Position numbers and translations under genes: made by a program. The notes beneath the pieces are model-generated. The model made no database searches. It was not told where the DNA came from and saw only the letters and a program-made list of their open reading frames with translations. 64,000 bases of DNA from Deltaproteobacteria bacterium (lineage in GTDB: Bacteria; Desulfobacterota; Dissulfuribacteria; Dissulfuribacterales; UBA3076): contig PQXD01000009.1 in NCBI GenBank assembly GCA_003194485.1, positions 41,008-105,007 of the forward strand, in the 5' to 3' direction. This document shows positions 10,102 to 19,304 of the stretch, in pieces; within the stretch, counting starts at the first letter, position 1; every line of letters begins with the position of its first letter.

Positions 10102-10337
10102 GTAACCGTTCAATGGTTCAAAGGTTTACAGTTCAGAGGTTCAAGGGTTTACCGAAAATTTGAACCGTTGATTCGTGAGTTCTGAATGGAGAAGGCATGA
10201 GAATAGAACAATAGAGCAATGATAAATCAACAATCAACAATCAACAATCCAATGAGGCATGGCACTTGGCCCGAGACCTAACTCGCAAGGTCAAGGGAAG
10301 AAAGGTAACCCTGAACCCTGAACCCTTGAACGGTCAC
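10102..10337. mobile_element. MITE family B (GTAACCGTTCA-type TIR, heptamer-rich), 236 bp, inserted in the gspH leader
   Basis: TIR gtaaccgttcaa / ttgaacggtcac (11/12). Flanks aggtcaaa (10094-101) and aggtcaag (10338-45) form a 7/8 TSD. Internal GGTTCAA-, AATCAAC- and CCCTGAA-type repeats. Confidence 0.8.
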
Positions 10338-10775
10338 AGGTCAAGGGGTTTTACGCTAATTGAGCTCCTCGTGGTACTGGTACTTATAGGCATTTTCAGT
10401 TCCCTGGTCTTTGTGGCAGTTGCCGGCGGGATACTTCGGTCTGAAGAGAGGCGTTTTGTGCAGTCCTTTACACAGACCCTGGTCCGCGCCAGGTCCGCAG
10501 GTCTGGGTAGAGGCGAGGCAGTCAGGTTTTTGATTGATGGTGAGAGCAGGACCTTTTGTGTTGAAGGTCTCAAATGGCAGGATATACCCGAGTCCATAAA
10601 GGTAGAAGGCAAGGGAGTGGGCGCAGTGGAACCAGGTATCCATGCCGTGACCTTTTATCCTGACGGAAGCTCAAGCGGCGGTGAGATTGACCTCAAGTGG
10701 GAAGGAGGTCGCATGGACCGGATAGTGATAGACAGGTTCCTGGGGCTGGTAGGCATGGAGCGCATTTCATCGTGA
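10266..10775 (+). CDS. gspH: T2SS minor pseudopilin GspH with MITE-derived leader
   Basis: RSRG|FTLIELL site and VTFYPDGSSSGG GspH/FimT motif. The only in-frame start is TTG 10266 (GAGG 8 nt upstream), which lies inside the MITE. Confidence 0.85.
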   Translation: MARDLTRKVKGRKVTLNPEPLNGHRSRGFTLIELLVVLVLIGIFSSLVFVAVAGGILRSEERRFVQSFTQTLVRARSAGLGRGEAVRFLIDGESRTFCVEGLKWQDIPESIKVEGKGVGAVEPGIHAVTFYPDGSSSGGEIDLKWEGGRMDRIVIDRFLGLVGMERISS

Positions 10776-11200
10776 CAATCACTAAATCGTCAAATCGTCA
10801 AATCGTCAAATCGTCAGGTTTTACCCTCATAGAGGTCCTGGTTGCCACGGCAATAATGGGTATCGCGCTTGGAGTGCTGCTTTCCGGCTTTGCGCAGGGC
10901 CACAGGCAGGCCTTCAGGGGCGACATGGCCAGAGAGGCAGCGTATATAGCAGAGTCCGTGCTTTATGGATTGCTCCATGAGCCTGAATCCCTGTCTCCGG
11001 GTGAGGAGGACGTAAAAGATCATCCCGGATGGAGCTATAAGGTGGAAGTTCGGGACCTGGTCTTGAAGATAACGGTCCAGGACCAGGAAGAGAAAGAGAT
11101 CGAGATCCCCGAACTGAAGGAGCTTATTCTTACCGTACAACCTCCGTATAATGCACATCCTTTTGTATTGACCAGCTGGATACCGGCAGAGCAGATATGA
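10772..11200 (+). CDS. gspI: T2SS minor pseudopilin GspI
   Basis: SSG|FTLIEVLVA. GTG start overlaps the gspH stop (GTGA 10772-75). Confidence 0.85.
   Translation: MTITKSSNRQIVKSSGFTLIEVLVATAIMGIALGVLLSGFAQGHRQAFRGDMAREAAYIAESVLYGLLHEPESLSPGEEDVKDHPGWSYKVEVRDLVLKITVQDQEEKEIEIPELKELILTVQPPYNAHPFVLTSWIPAEQI
10784..10816 (+). repeat. Tandem repeat (AAATCGTC)x4 within the gspI leader
   Basis: Four perfect 8-bp units at 10784, 10792, 10800 and 10808. Confidence 0.95.
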
Positions 11201-11877
11201 GGAAAAAATCAATCACCAGATCCTCAGGCTTTACCCTGCTTGAACTCCTGATCTCAGTCACCCTCATTGCCGTGCTGGTCCTCATACTTTCCATGGCTGT
11301 CCGTACAGGACTGAGGGCCTACAGCAGGGGTAAAAAGATCAACAAACGTCTGATAGTTGTATCCTCCATTGAAGGACTTTTGGGAAGACAGCTCAGGGCC
11401 GTGGTGGCGGACGGATCTGATCTCAAGGATTTTTCCGAGTTTAATGGGAAAGAGAACGAGATATCCTTTGTGACTACCCACGTACCGCTTGGTTCCCAGG
11501 CAGGTGGCCTTTTCAGGGTAGTTTATCGTTTTGATGAAAAAAGAAAAAAGCTCATCTATGCCCAGAAGGTCATCACCAGGCCCGAAGACCTGAAAGAACC
11601 CCTTCCTGACAACATAGATCAGGAAGATAAAGAGGACCTGACGGAACAGGGCTGGGGCGTTTCGATCATAAACGGGATAGATTCGCTGGCCTTTACATAT
11701 CAAAGTCAATTGCCGGATGAATCCGACCCTGAGGATTGGCAGGATAACTGGAGTCAAAAGGGTAATGTGCCCGAGGCTGTAGCCATGGGCCTGGCCTTTT
11801 CCGATAATGGTAAGGAGCCTGTAACCACTTGGCGAGTTTTTTATACAAGTCCTTTTATTCTGGTAAGTGCAAAGTGA
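11197..11877 (+). CDS. gspJ: T2SS minor pseudopilin GspJ
   Basis: SSG|FTLLELLIS, C-terminal W...W....PEAV motif, ATGA overlap with gspI. Confidence 0.88.
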   Translation: MRKKSITRSSGFTLLELLISVTLIAVLVLILSMAVRTGLRAYSRGKKINKRLIVVSSIEGLLGRQLRAVVADGSDLKDFSEFNGKENEISFVTTHVPLGSQAGGLFRVVYRFDEKRKKLIYAQKVITRPEDLKEPLPDNIDQEDKEDLTEQGWGVSIINGIDSLAFTYQSQLPDESDPEDWQDNWSQKGNVPEAVAMGLAFSDNGKEPVTTWRVFYTSPFILVSAK

Positions 11878-12761
11878 TGGGACAGAAGGGTACGGTTCTT
11901 GTGCTGGTGTTGTGGGTGTTGACCCTGCTTACACTGGTCGGCGGCTTCTATGCGGTTGAGGCAAGAATCCGCAGGAACCTGGGGCAAGGTGCCTGGGATG
12001 CCCTGCAGGGCCGGGAGGCTGCGAGGTCTTTGCTGCTTCTTGCAGCAAGCAGATTGTCTCCTCCAGGAATGGACAGGGAAGAGGCAGAGGGCCGTCTTTT
12101 TGCTGACGGTAGTGTGTACAAGGCAAGGCTTGGAGGCAGAGAGGTCTTTTTTACCCTGCAAGACGAGAACGGAAAGCTCGATCTCAATAACAGCTCAGAG
12201 GATCAGATCAGGGAGGTAGTGAGAGCGATTCTTGGGGACGAGGAGCTTGAAGCCGCGGATACTATGGTGGATGGTATCTTGGACTGGAGGGATTCTGATA
12301 AGCTGGTGAGGCTGAACGGGGCAGAGGATGACATCTACCAAGACAGATCTCCGCCCTACTATCCTGCCAATGGTCCATTTCATTTGCTGGAGGAACTGCT
12401 CCTGGTAAACGGGGTCGGCCAGGAGGCGTTTTACGGGCCCATTACCTGGTCATCCCAGGAGGAAGACAGTGAAGTTATATGGCGGGGAGGCCTCTGGGAT
12501 TTATTTACAGTCTACAACAAATCAGGCGCCGTAAGTAAGGAATACGCACCCTTGCCTCTTAAGGAGATCCTGGGTGCCGAACTCGGTGATAACACTATAT
12601 CAACTCGTGAGGTGGCGTGTCTCAGAGTCTGGTTTGGCAGTCGTATATATCAGATTTACTGGGATACCCGGTCCGGGGCAGAGAAATTAAAGGTCAAGCA
12701 TTGGATAGAGGCAATTACTCCTGGACGAAAAGGCTCAAGGTGGTCAGAGAACGTGAAATAG
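11877..12761 (+). CDS. gspK: T2SS minor pseudopilin GspK
   Basis: QKG|TVLVLVLWVL (no E5, as typical), DENGKLDLN, ILDWRDSD and FHLLEELLLVNGV motifs. Confidence 0.9.
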   Translation: MGQKGTVLVLVLWVLTLLTLVGGFYAVEARIRRNLGQGAWDALQGREAARSLLLLAASRLSPPGMDREEAEGRLFADGSVYKARLGGREVFFTLQDENGKLDLNNSSEDQIREVVRAILGDEELEAADTMVDGILDWRDSDKLVRLNGAEDDIYQDRSPPYYPANGPFHLLEELLLVNGVGQEAFYGPITWSSQEEDSEVIWRGGLWDLFTVYNKSGAVSKEYAPLPLKEILGAELGDNTISTREVACLRVWFGSRIYQIYWDTRSGAEKLKVKHWIEAITPGRKGSRWSENVK

Positions 12762-14113
12762 TAGGGATTTACCTGGACGAGTCCAGGCTTGATGTCTTTT
12801 GTCTTAAGGGACGGCTCGGAAAATGGTCTTCTGTCCAACTGCCCTATACATTTGATGATACCGGACGTTCTTTGGCGGAACAGGTAAAAGGCGTACTTCA
12901 GGCTATTCATCCCTTGCGGAGACGTATTATATGTCTGGCCCTTTCTCGAAAGAACCTGTTTATGAGAGAATTAAGCTTTCCTCAACTGGAACCGGACGAG
13001 GCGGCAAATGCGGTCCGTATGGGCATAGGGCTTCACGCACACCTGAAACCGGATGAGATATATCATGATCAATGGGCATTTAAGCGTGGAGATAAGACGG
13101 TGGTGCTTCTGGCCTATATCCCAAGGAGTTTTCTGGATCCGATACTCCGGGTCGTTCGTGAGACAGGCCATGCCGGATCGCTTGGCCCTGTATCACCTGC
13201 GACTTTGGGGCTGGATATCCTGCTGCGCAGCAGCGCAGAATCCTCTCTTCCCTGTGTCAGCCTTGGCCGGCAGGGTAACTGCTGGATTATTTCTCTCCAC
13301 GGTATTTACGGGTGGGAAGGTTCACATTCCGTATCGGTCTCGGATGAGGAGGATATCTCGACGGACCTGCAAAAACTTGCCGAACATCTCCCTTCTCCTT
13401 TTCCTGATCTTGCAATGGCCCCCAAGTATGCAGTAGGGGGTTCCGGTGCGGTAATTCTGGATCCTCCCCCCAAAGATCCCTGTAGTGCCATAAAGGACCT
13501 TTCGAATATCTGTGGGCATGGGGAAAAAGTCACCTGGGGGTTATGTGCCGCTGCATTAGGGCTGAGTTCTTATCCTGCGATTTCTCTCCAGGAAGGCCCC
13601 CGTCGCAGACCTTTCCGTTTGCGCATAAAACCATATCAATTTGTTGTAGGGGCTGTTGCTGCGTCAGTCATACTGGCCACAGGGATACAGGGTTTGAGGA
13701 TCCAAAAGCGTGTACACTCTGTCCATAAGATGGAACAGGAGGTTCAGGAACTGCAAGAGCGCCTGTCGCCCATGCTGGATGCTCAGAAACGGTTGGAAAA
13801 AATCGACAATAAGCTCAAGGACCTGGAAGACTTCAAGCTCGAGAAGCCCTCTGAACTGAAGGTCTTAAAGGCCGTAGCCGAGCTTACGCCTCCAGAGACC
13901 TGGATAAGAAGTCTCGATATCAAAAATGACAAACTTAAGCTCACGGCCGAGGGCGGTTCAGCAGTAAAGGCCATGGGAAACTGGCGCCGGAGCCCGCTTT
14001 TTTCAGAGGTCAGGCTCATATCTCCTGTTAGAAAGTACAGACAGCAAAGGGAACGTTTTTCCGTGGAGATAAAGCTGGTCAGTGGAAAAGGAGAGGAGGG
14101 CAATGGAAATTAG
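12740..14113 (+). CDS. gspL: T2SS GspL-like protein (PilM-like N-terminal and PilN-like C-terminal domain)
   Basis: VGIYLD start, single TM, coiled coil, LTPPETWIRSLDI...LTAEG PilN-like end, operon position. GTG 12740 is preferred over the ORF-track start 12617. Confidence 0.75.
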   Translation: MVREREIVGIYLDESRLDVFCLKGRLGKWSSVQLPYTFDDTGRSLAEQVKGVLQAIHPLRRRIICLALSRKNLFMRELSFPQLEPDEAANAVRMGIGLHAHLKPDEIYHDQWAFKRGDKTVVLLAYIPRSFLDPILRVVRETGHAGSLGPVSPATLGLDILLRSSAESSLPCVSLGRQGNCWIISLHGIYGWEGSHSVSVSDEEDISTDLQKLAEHLPSPFPDLAMAPKYAVGGSGAVILDPPPKDPCSAIKDLSNICGHGEKVTWGLCAAALGLSSYPAISLQEGPRRRPFRLRIKPYQFVVGAVAASVILATGIQGLRIQKRVHSVHKMEQEVQELQERLSPMLDAQKRLEKIDNKLKDLEDFKLEKPSELKVLKAVAELTPPETWIRSLDIKNDKLKLTAEGGSAVKAMGNWRRSPLFSEVRLISPVRKYRQQRERFSVEIKLVSGKGEEGNGN

Positions 14114-14675
14114 CCGTCGGCTCTCCAGTAATGGAAGTCCCTTATTACGTTATGGTTTTTTGGTTATAGGACTTATACTCTGGTACAGCCTGGCATGGGC
14201 ACCGCTGTCCGGAAAAATCGAGGAGTTGGATAGCAGGATTGAGGCCCAGGAGGCGAAAATCGGGCGTCTGAAGCGTGACATCAAACGGCATCGCGGTGTA
14301 GATCAACGCATTGTGCAGTCGAAGCGCAGACTCACTGTTGCCGTAAAGGGGCTTATGCCGGGTGATACCCCCCAGCTTGTGGCATCCAATTTACAGGATA
14401 CCTTGCTCAAAATGGCCTCTGAGGCCGGTCTCCAGGTAATCACTTATAAAACAGGCCGGCAACGAAAATGGAGAGATTATCAACTTGCCGTAGCTATTTT
14501 CAGTGCCAAGACTGATATCAGGAAGCTGGTCAAGTTTTTGAAATTATCAAACGATGATCACAGGATATTTCGAATACATAGTATTCGCGCAATCAAGGTA
14601 GAGGGGCGTAATCCGCATCTCAGGGTCGACCTTGAGGTGGAAGCTCTCTTTATGAAAACTGGATCTGAGGGGTAA
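14103..14675 (+). CDS. gspM: T2SS GspM/PilO-like protein
   Basis: N-terminal TM (YSLAWAPL), coiled coil, operon position, GAGGAGG RBS before ATG 14103. Confidence 0.75.
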   Translation: MEISRRLSSNGSPLLRYGFLVIGLILWYSLAWAPLSGKIEELDSRIEAQEAKIGRLKRDIKRHRGVDQRIVQSKRRLTVAVKGLMPGDTPQLVASNLQDTLLKMASEAGLQVITYKTGRQRKWRDYQLAVAIFSAKTDIRKLVKFLKLSNDDHRIFRIHSIRAIKVEGRNPHLRVDLEVEALFMKTGSEG

Positions 14676-14682
14676 GGTCGAG

Positions 14683-16746
14683 ATGAGAATACAAGATCGG
14701 AGATGGATGGTCTGGAGTCTGGCTGTCATATGTTTTTTGGGATCCATTCAAGGCTTGGCTCTTGCTCAGAATCAGGCTACACAGGAGATCCCGTCAAAGG
14801 AAATTGAAAATGCCGCGCCTGATTCTAATGCAACTGTAATAAAGTCTCCATTTTCCGGAGCCGGGGTTGGTGAACGCCGTCAGATAGACATTACTCTGGA
14901 CAGTATGGATATATATCCTGTCCTGGATCAGGTCCTGGGGCGTATTCTGGAGCTCAACTATGTGGTAGATCCAGCCATTAAGGGGACCATTTCACTCAAT
15001 ATCAGGGGCAGATATACCAAGAATGAATTCCTTGATCTCTTCAATTCCATATTGCAGATACACGGCTTGGCCATAACCCGCGGCGCTCAGGATCTTTATA
15101 AGGTGGTACGGAAGGCCGGCAGCGCCAGAGCCGGATCAGAAGTGATAAATATCGGTGAACGGGTCCCCCATGCAGGAGACGTAATCAGTGTCTTTCAGCT
15201 CCAGTACCTCTCTGCGGCCCATGTAATCGCAAATCTCAGGAACTTTATCTCTCCCGGGGCGGTCATGGTGGCCGAGCCAAGTATAAATGCCGTTATCCTG
15301 GTGGACACTGCAGAAAATGTGGGCAAGTTGTCCAAAATATTGGCCTTAATGGACACGGATTTTTTTAAGGATATACATTGGCGTTTCTATACTCTGGAGC
15401 ATACCGATGTGGATGATCTGTCGAAAGACCTTGATAAGATATTCAAGACAAAAGGACTTTATATAAAGCCTGGTATTGATCCGGGCGGCCTGCAGATCAT
15501 GCCCTTAAAGACCATCAACTCCTTGCTTGTAGTGACCAAGTGGGAGGAAGTCCTGGATGTGGTGGGCAACTGGGTGACCCAACTGGATCAGGAGATATCA
15601 CAGAAGGGAACCCAGGTCTATGTATACTTTGTCCAGAACGGCAAGGCTGCAGATATCGCCGATATCCTCCGGCAGCTCTACGGCGGAAAGCCGTCAGATC
15701 GCAAAGGCAGGAAAGAGGTCCTTGTGGAAAGGGAGAAAAAGCCTGCAAAAGAGAAAGCCGTGCAGCATGCCGGGGAATTGGCCGGTGAGGTGGAAATCAT
15801 TGCGGACGAAGTCAACAATGCCATACTCATCAAGGCCACGCAGAGAGATTATGCCATCCTTTCAGAAGTGCTGAAAGAGATCGACATTGTTCCGCGGCAG
15901 GTCCTGATCGACGTGTTGATTGTAGAGGTCTCGCTGGGTAACGATATTGAATACGGGGTCGAGTGGTTTCTCAAGAGCCATATGGGGGGATCATATTCTT
16001 CTAACATTGCACTTACCGATCCTAATCTCGGAAACTTACCCAGGAACACGGCGCTTGGTACGGGCATTTCAGGATTTGCATACAGCCTGTACACAGGTGA
16101 CAGCCTTCGAAACTTAATTAAGTTGTTGGCTACGACGACAGATGTCAATATCCTCTCAGCGCCCAATATCCTGGCTGTGGATAACAAGGAATCCACCATC
16201 GAGGTCGTACAGGACGTGCCTACTTTGACTAGCTCGACTACCAGTACGACCGAGAGCACTCTCACACAATCGATCCAGTATCGAAGTGCCGGCATCCTTC
16301 TGAAGGTAACGCCTTCTATCAATGAGAGCAGACTGGTCAGTATGGAGATAACCCAGGAGGTCAGTTCTCTCCTTGAAAAGGCCAAAGTAGAGGGTATTGA
16401 CTCCCCAATCTTTCAGACCCGTAAGACTACAACCAATCTGGTGGTGCAGGACGGCCATACCATCATAATCGGCGGCTTGATGAAGACAAAAAAAGAAAAG
16501 AGCCGCAGTGGTATCCCTTTTCTCAAGGACTTGCCGGTCCTAGGCTATCTGTTCGGCTGGCGAAGTTACACAAACGAGAAGACGGAACTATTGATGACTA
16601 TTACTCCCTATGTCATACAATCCAAGGAGCAGGCCGACGCACTGACCAGGGAATTTAAAGGGCGAGTCAAGTCCTTGAAGCAGATGCTGGGGGAACATAA
16701 GGGCCTGGCCGGCGAGAAGGGTCTGGAGCAGGAAGATGATAACTAG
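14683..16746 (+). CDS. gspD: T2SS secretin GspD
   Basis: Signal peptide, N-domains, DIVPRQVLIDVLIVEV, ILSAPNILAVDNKES, GILLKVTPSIN, PFLKDLPVLGYLFG and ELLMTITPYV. Confidence 0.95.
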   Translation: MRIQDRRWMVWSLAVICFLGSIQGLALAQNQATQEIPSKEIENAAPDSNATVIKSPFSGAGVGERRQIDITLDSMDIYPVLDQVLGRILELNYVVDPAIKGTISLNIRGRYTKNEFLDLFNSILQIHGLAITRGAQDLYKVVRKAGSARAGSEVINIGERVPHAGDVISVFQLQYLSAAHVIANLRNFISPGAVMVAEPSINAVILVDTAENVGKLSKILALMDTDFFKDIHWRFYTLEHTDVDDLSKDLDKIFKTKGLYIKPGIDPGGLQIMPLKTINSLLVVTKWEEVLDVVGNWVTQLDQEISQKGTQVYVYFVQNGKAADIADILRQLYGGKPSDRKGRKEVLVEREKKPAKEKAVQHAGELAGEVEIIADEVNNAILIKATQRDYAILSEVLKEIDIVPRQVLIDVLIVEVSLGNDIEYGVEWFLKSHMGGSYSSNIALTDPNLGNLPRNTALGTGISGFAYSLYTGDSLRNLIKLLATTTDVNILSAPNILAVDNKESTIEVVQDVPTLTSSTTSTTESTLTQSIQYRSAGILLKVTPSINESRLVSMEITQEVSSLLEKAKVEGIDSPIFQTRKTTTNLVVQDGHTIIIGGLMKTKKEKSRSGIPFLKDLPVLGYLFGWRSYTNEKTELLMTITPYVIQSKEQADALTREFKGRVKSLKQMLGEHKGLAGEKGLEQEDDN

Positions 16747-17380
16747 CCTGGAGTTCCAAAAAAAAGTAACTTATTCGATCTTGCTTTTGATAGCATCTTT
16801 TTGCGTCGGCCTGTGGTACTCTTTTAGTCCCGGGGCTGTCCATGCCAAAGAATCTCAGGTTGAGCTCGGCCCCTATGAAGCCATTGTCAGCAAGGATCCT
16901 TTTGATCCGGAACGGGGCAGGAATGAAAATCTGACTGAGAATGACACCTCAGCGGAGGGAGATCTAAAGAGCAGCTACCAGGTCTATGGTACTATTATTG
17001 CGGGAGAAATGCGTCAGGCCTTTCTTATGTTGGCAGCCCCGGAATCCAGGTCCGGCCAGCAAAAAAAAATAGTTAAGGGCCCTCAAAAAAACCTGCGCAC
17101 CGTAACTGTTGGAGACCTTGTCGATGGCTGGCGTGTAGCGGATATAACAGCTCAAGGCGTCAAGTTTGAATCGGACGGGGAATATGTCGAAATCGGTATA
17201 TTTGATGAGGTCAAGAAAGAGAGAAAGGCTACAGCTCCGGTTGCCCTTCAAACTCCCCGTCCAAAGCCACGGGTTATCCGGGCTCCTCAATCAACACCGG
17301 CAAAAGGGGCTTCTTCCAGCAAGCCGGGCTCTCGTTTGCCCCTGAGGCATGCTCTAAGACCCTCAGGATCTTCCCCCTGA
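16736..17380 (+). CDS. T2SS GspC-like protein (single TM, HR domain, no PDZ)
   Basis: N-terminal TM, DPFDPER, VYGTIIAG, TVGDLVDGWRVADI pattern, last gene of the operon. Confidence 0.6.
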   Translation: MITSLEFQKKVTYSILLLIASFCVGLWYSFSPGAVHAKESQVELGPYEAIVSKDPFDPERGRNENLTENDTSAEGDLKSSYQVYGTIIAGEMRQAFLMLAAPESRSGQQKKIVKGPQKNLRTVTVGDLVDGWRVADITAQGVKFESDGEYVEIGIFDEVKKERKATAPVALQTPRPKPRVIRAPQSTPAKGASSSKPGSRLPLRHALRPSGSSP

Positions 17381-18267
17381 AAGACTGAAACAGACCTTCC
17401 GGGCAGACACTTCCTTATCAGGTTACCAAGCACCTTTTTGGGGCCGAGCTCAATAAAGTTAGATATTCCGTCCCGGTCCATGTTGATTACGATCTCATAC
17501 CACCTGACAGGCGAGCAGATCTGCTTCTTCATAAGGTCCTTGATTTTCTCCGGATCTGATTCCGGCCTTGCCGTGACATTGCTGTAAATCGGGATCTCGG
17601 GCCTAAAAAAAGATATTTTATCCAAGATTTCAGAAAAGCGACCTGATGCCTCAGCCATAAGGGGGCTGTGATAGGCACCGGACACCTTCAGGGGAATCGC
17701 CCTGGCTCCTTCAGCCTTGGCTTTCTTGCACAGATCGCCGACCAGGTCTGTTTCCCCGGTGACTACGATCTGGTCAGGCGAGTTGTGATTGGCCAGGACC
17801 AGGACACCTTTTTTTGTTAGGGGCACAATCAATTCTTCCAGCTCTTTCCTGCTGAGACCAACCACGGCGGCCATGGAACCCGGATTTTTATCCCCCGCCT
17901 CTTTCATAAGCCTGCCCCTGGCATGGACCAGCCTGAATGTGTCTTCAAGGCTAATGACCCCGGCGGCCCACAGTGCCGGATACTCTCCCAGGCTGTGTCC
18001 TGCTACTGCTGTCGCCTTCAATCCCGCATCTCCGGCGGCCATGCAGCAAATGATCTCCACGGCGGTCAGACAGGGCTGGAGATTTTCAACCCGGGTGAGT
18101 TCTTCCAGAGGCCCTTCAGCGCAAAGCTTCTTGAGGGGAAGCCCTGTCATTTCTTCTGCCACAGAAAGAACATGGGCCGCATCAGAAACCGTTTCCAAAA
18201 AGGTCTTGCCCATTCCAACATATTGAGAGCCCTGTCCGGGAAAGACAAAGGCCAGATTCATTTCCAT
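17287..18267 (-). CDS. fabD: Malonyl-CoA:ACP transacylase
   Basis: FVFPGQGSQYVGMG, QPCL, AGHSLGEY, ANHNSPDQIVVTG and VSGAYHSPLM. ATG 18267 follows GGAGG. Confidence 0.95.
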   Translation of the reverse strand: MEMNLAFVFPGQGSQYVGMGKTFLETVSDAAHVLSVAEEMTGLPLKKLCAEGPLEELTRVENLQPCLTAVEIICCMAAGDAGLKATAVAGHSLGEYPALWAAGVISLEDTFRLVHARGRLMKEAGDKNPGSMAAVVGLSRKELEELIVPLTKKGVLVLANHNSPDQIVVTGETDLVGDLCKKAKAEGARAIPLKVSGAYHSPLMAEASGRFSEILDKISFFRPEIPIYSNVTARPESDPEKIKDLMKKQICSPVRWYEIVINMDRDGISNFIELGPKKVLGNLIRKCLPGRSVSVFQGEDPEGLRACLRGKREPGLLEEAPFAGVD

Positions 18268-18295
18268 TATCAGAAGTCCTCCACGAAGAAGCCGA

Positions 18296-19300
18296 TCATC
18301 CACCTATGCTGGACATGCCTCTGTTGCAAGACAGTCCTTCTTTATTCAAAAACTTTAATCCTTTCGGTTTTCTTAATACTGCGCGGCGAAAAAAAAGAGC
18401 CAGTTCCTCTGTGTTCAATCCCCGGCGCAAGGCCTTTTTGACATCTATTTCCTCGTCAGAAAAAAGGCATAAGCGAAGATGTCCATCTGCGGTGAGGCGC
18501 AGGCGGTTACAGCTCTCACAAAAATTGTGGCTTAAGGCGCCGATAAATCCCACACTTCCTGCGGCCTTATCCAGCCTATATTCACTTGCCGGTCCGGCGC
18601 TGTGTGATTCGGTCAACGGACGCAGCTTTCCGAATGCGCTCTCCACCTGATTTATGATCTTATCACGACTGACGAACCTGTCCGGACCCCAAAAAATATC
18701 CTTGCCAACAGGCATAAACTCTATAAAACGAACCTGTACGGGATATTTCATGCTCAGTCCTGCCAGGGCTGCTATTTCACTGTCATTTATGCCCTTCATG
18801 ATCACCGAGTTGATTTTTATCGGGGAAAATCCCATTTCCAGGGCCTTTTCCATGCCCCGCCACACCTGCTCAAAGAGATCGAAGCCGGTAATACAGGCAA
18901 ATAGTTCCGGATTCATGGAATCAAGACTGATGTTGATATGTCTGATACCTGCCTTGAACAGGCCATCCGCATACTCTTCCAAGAGAACACCGTTTGTCGT
19001 GATACAAATTTCTTCAAGCCCGTCAATCTCGGTCAGCCTTTCCACAAGGCTTATAAGGTTACGCCGGACCAATGGCTCTCCACCTGTAAGTCGCACTTTT
19101 GTGACGCCAACGCCTGCCAGTATACGGCAGACCTTGAGAATTTCTTCATAGGTGAGAATTGAGCCACGGGGCAGCCAGGAGAAATTAGTCTGAGGCATGC
19201 AATACCGGCATCGAAGATTACACCTGTCAGTCACCGAGAGCCTGAGATAGGTCAATTGCCGGCCGTACCGGTCAATCAGGATATCTTTTTCTCTTTTCAC
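18296..19300 (-). CDS. moaA: GTP 3',8-cyclase
   Basis: LRLSVTDRCNLRCRYCM, VRLTGGEPL, RFIEFMP, FCESCNRLRLTADG and C-terminal MSSIGG. Confidence 0.97.
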   Translation of the reverse strand: MKREKDILIDRYGRQLTYLRLSVTDRCNLRCRYCMPQTNFSWLPRGSILTYEEILKVCRILAGVGVTKVRLTGGEPLVRRNLISLVERLTEIDGLEEICITTNGVLLEEYADGLFKAGIRHINISLDSMNPELFACITGFDLFEQVWRGMEKALEMGFSPIKINSVIMKGINDSEIAALAGLSMKYPVQVRFIEFMPVGKDIFWGPDRFVSRDKIINQVESAFGKLRPLTESHSAGPASEYRLDKAAGSVGFIGALSHNFCESCNRLRLTADGHLRLCLFSDEEIDVKKALRRGLNTEELALFFRRAVLRKPKGLKFLNKEGLSCNRGMSSIGG

Positions 19301-19304
19301 CGGA

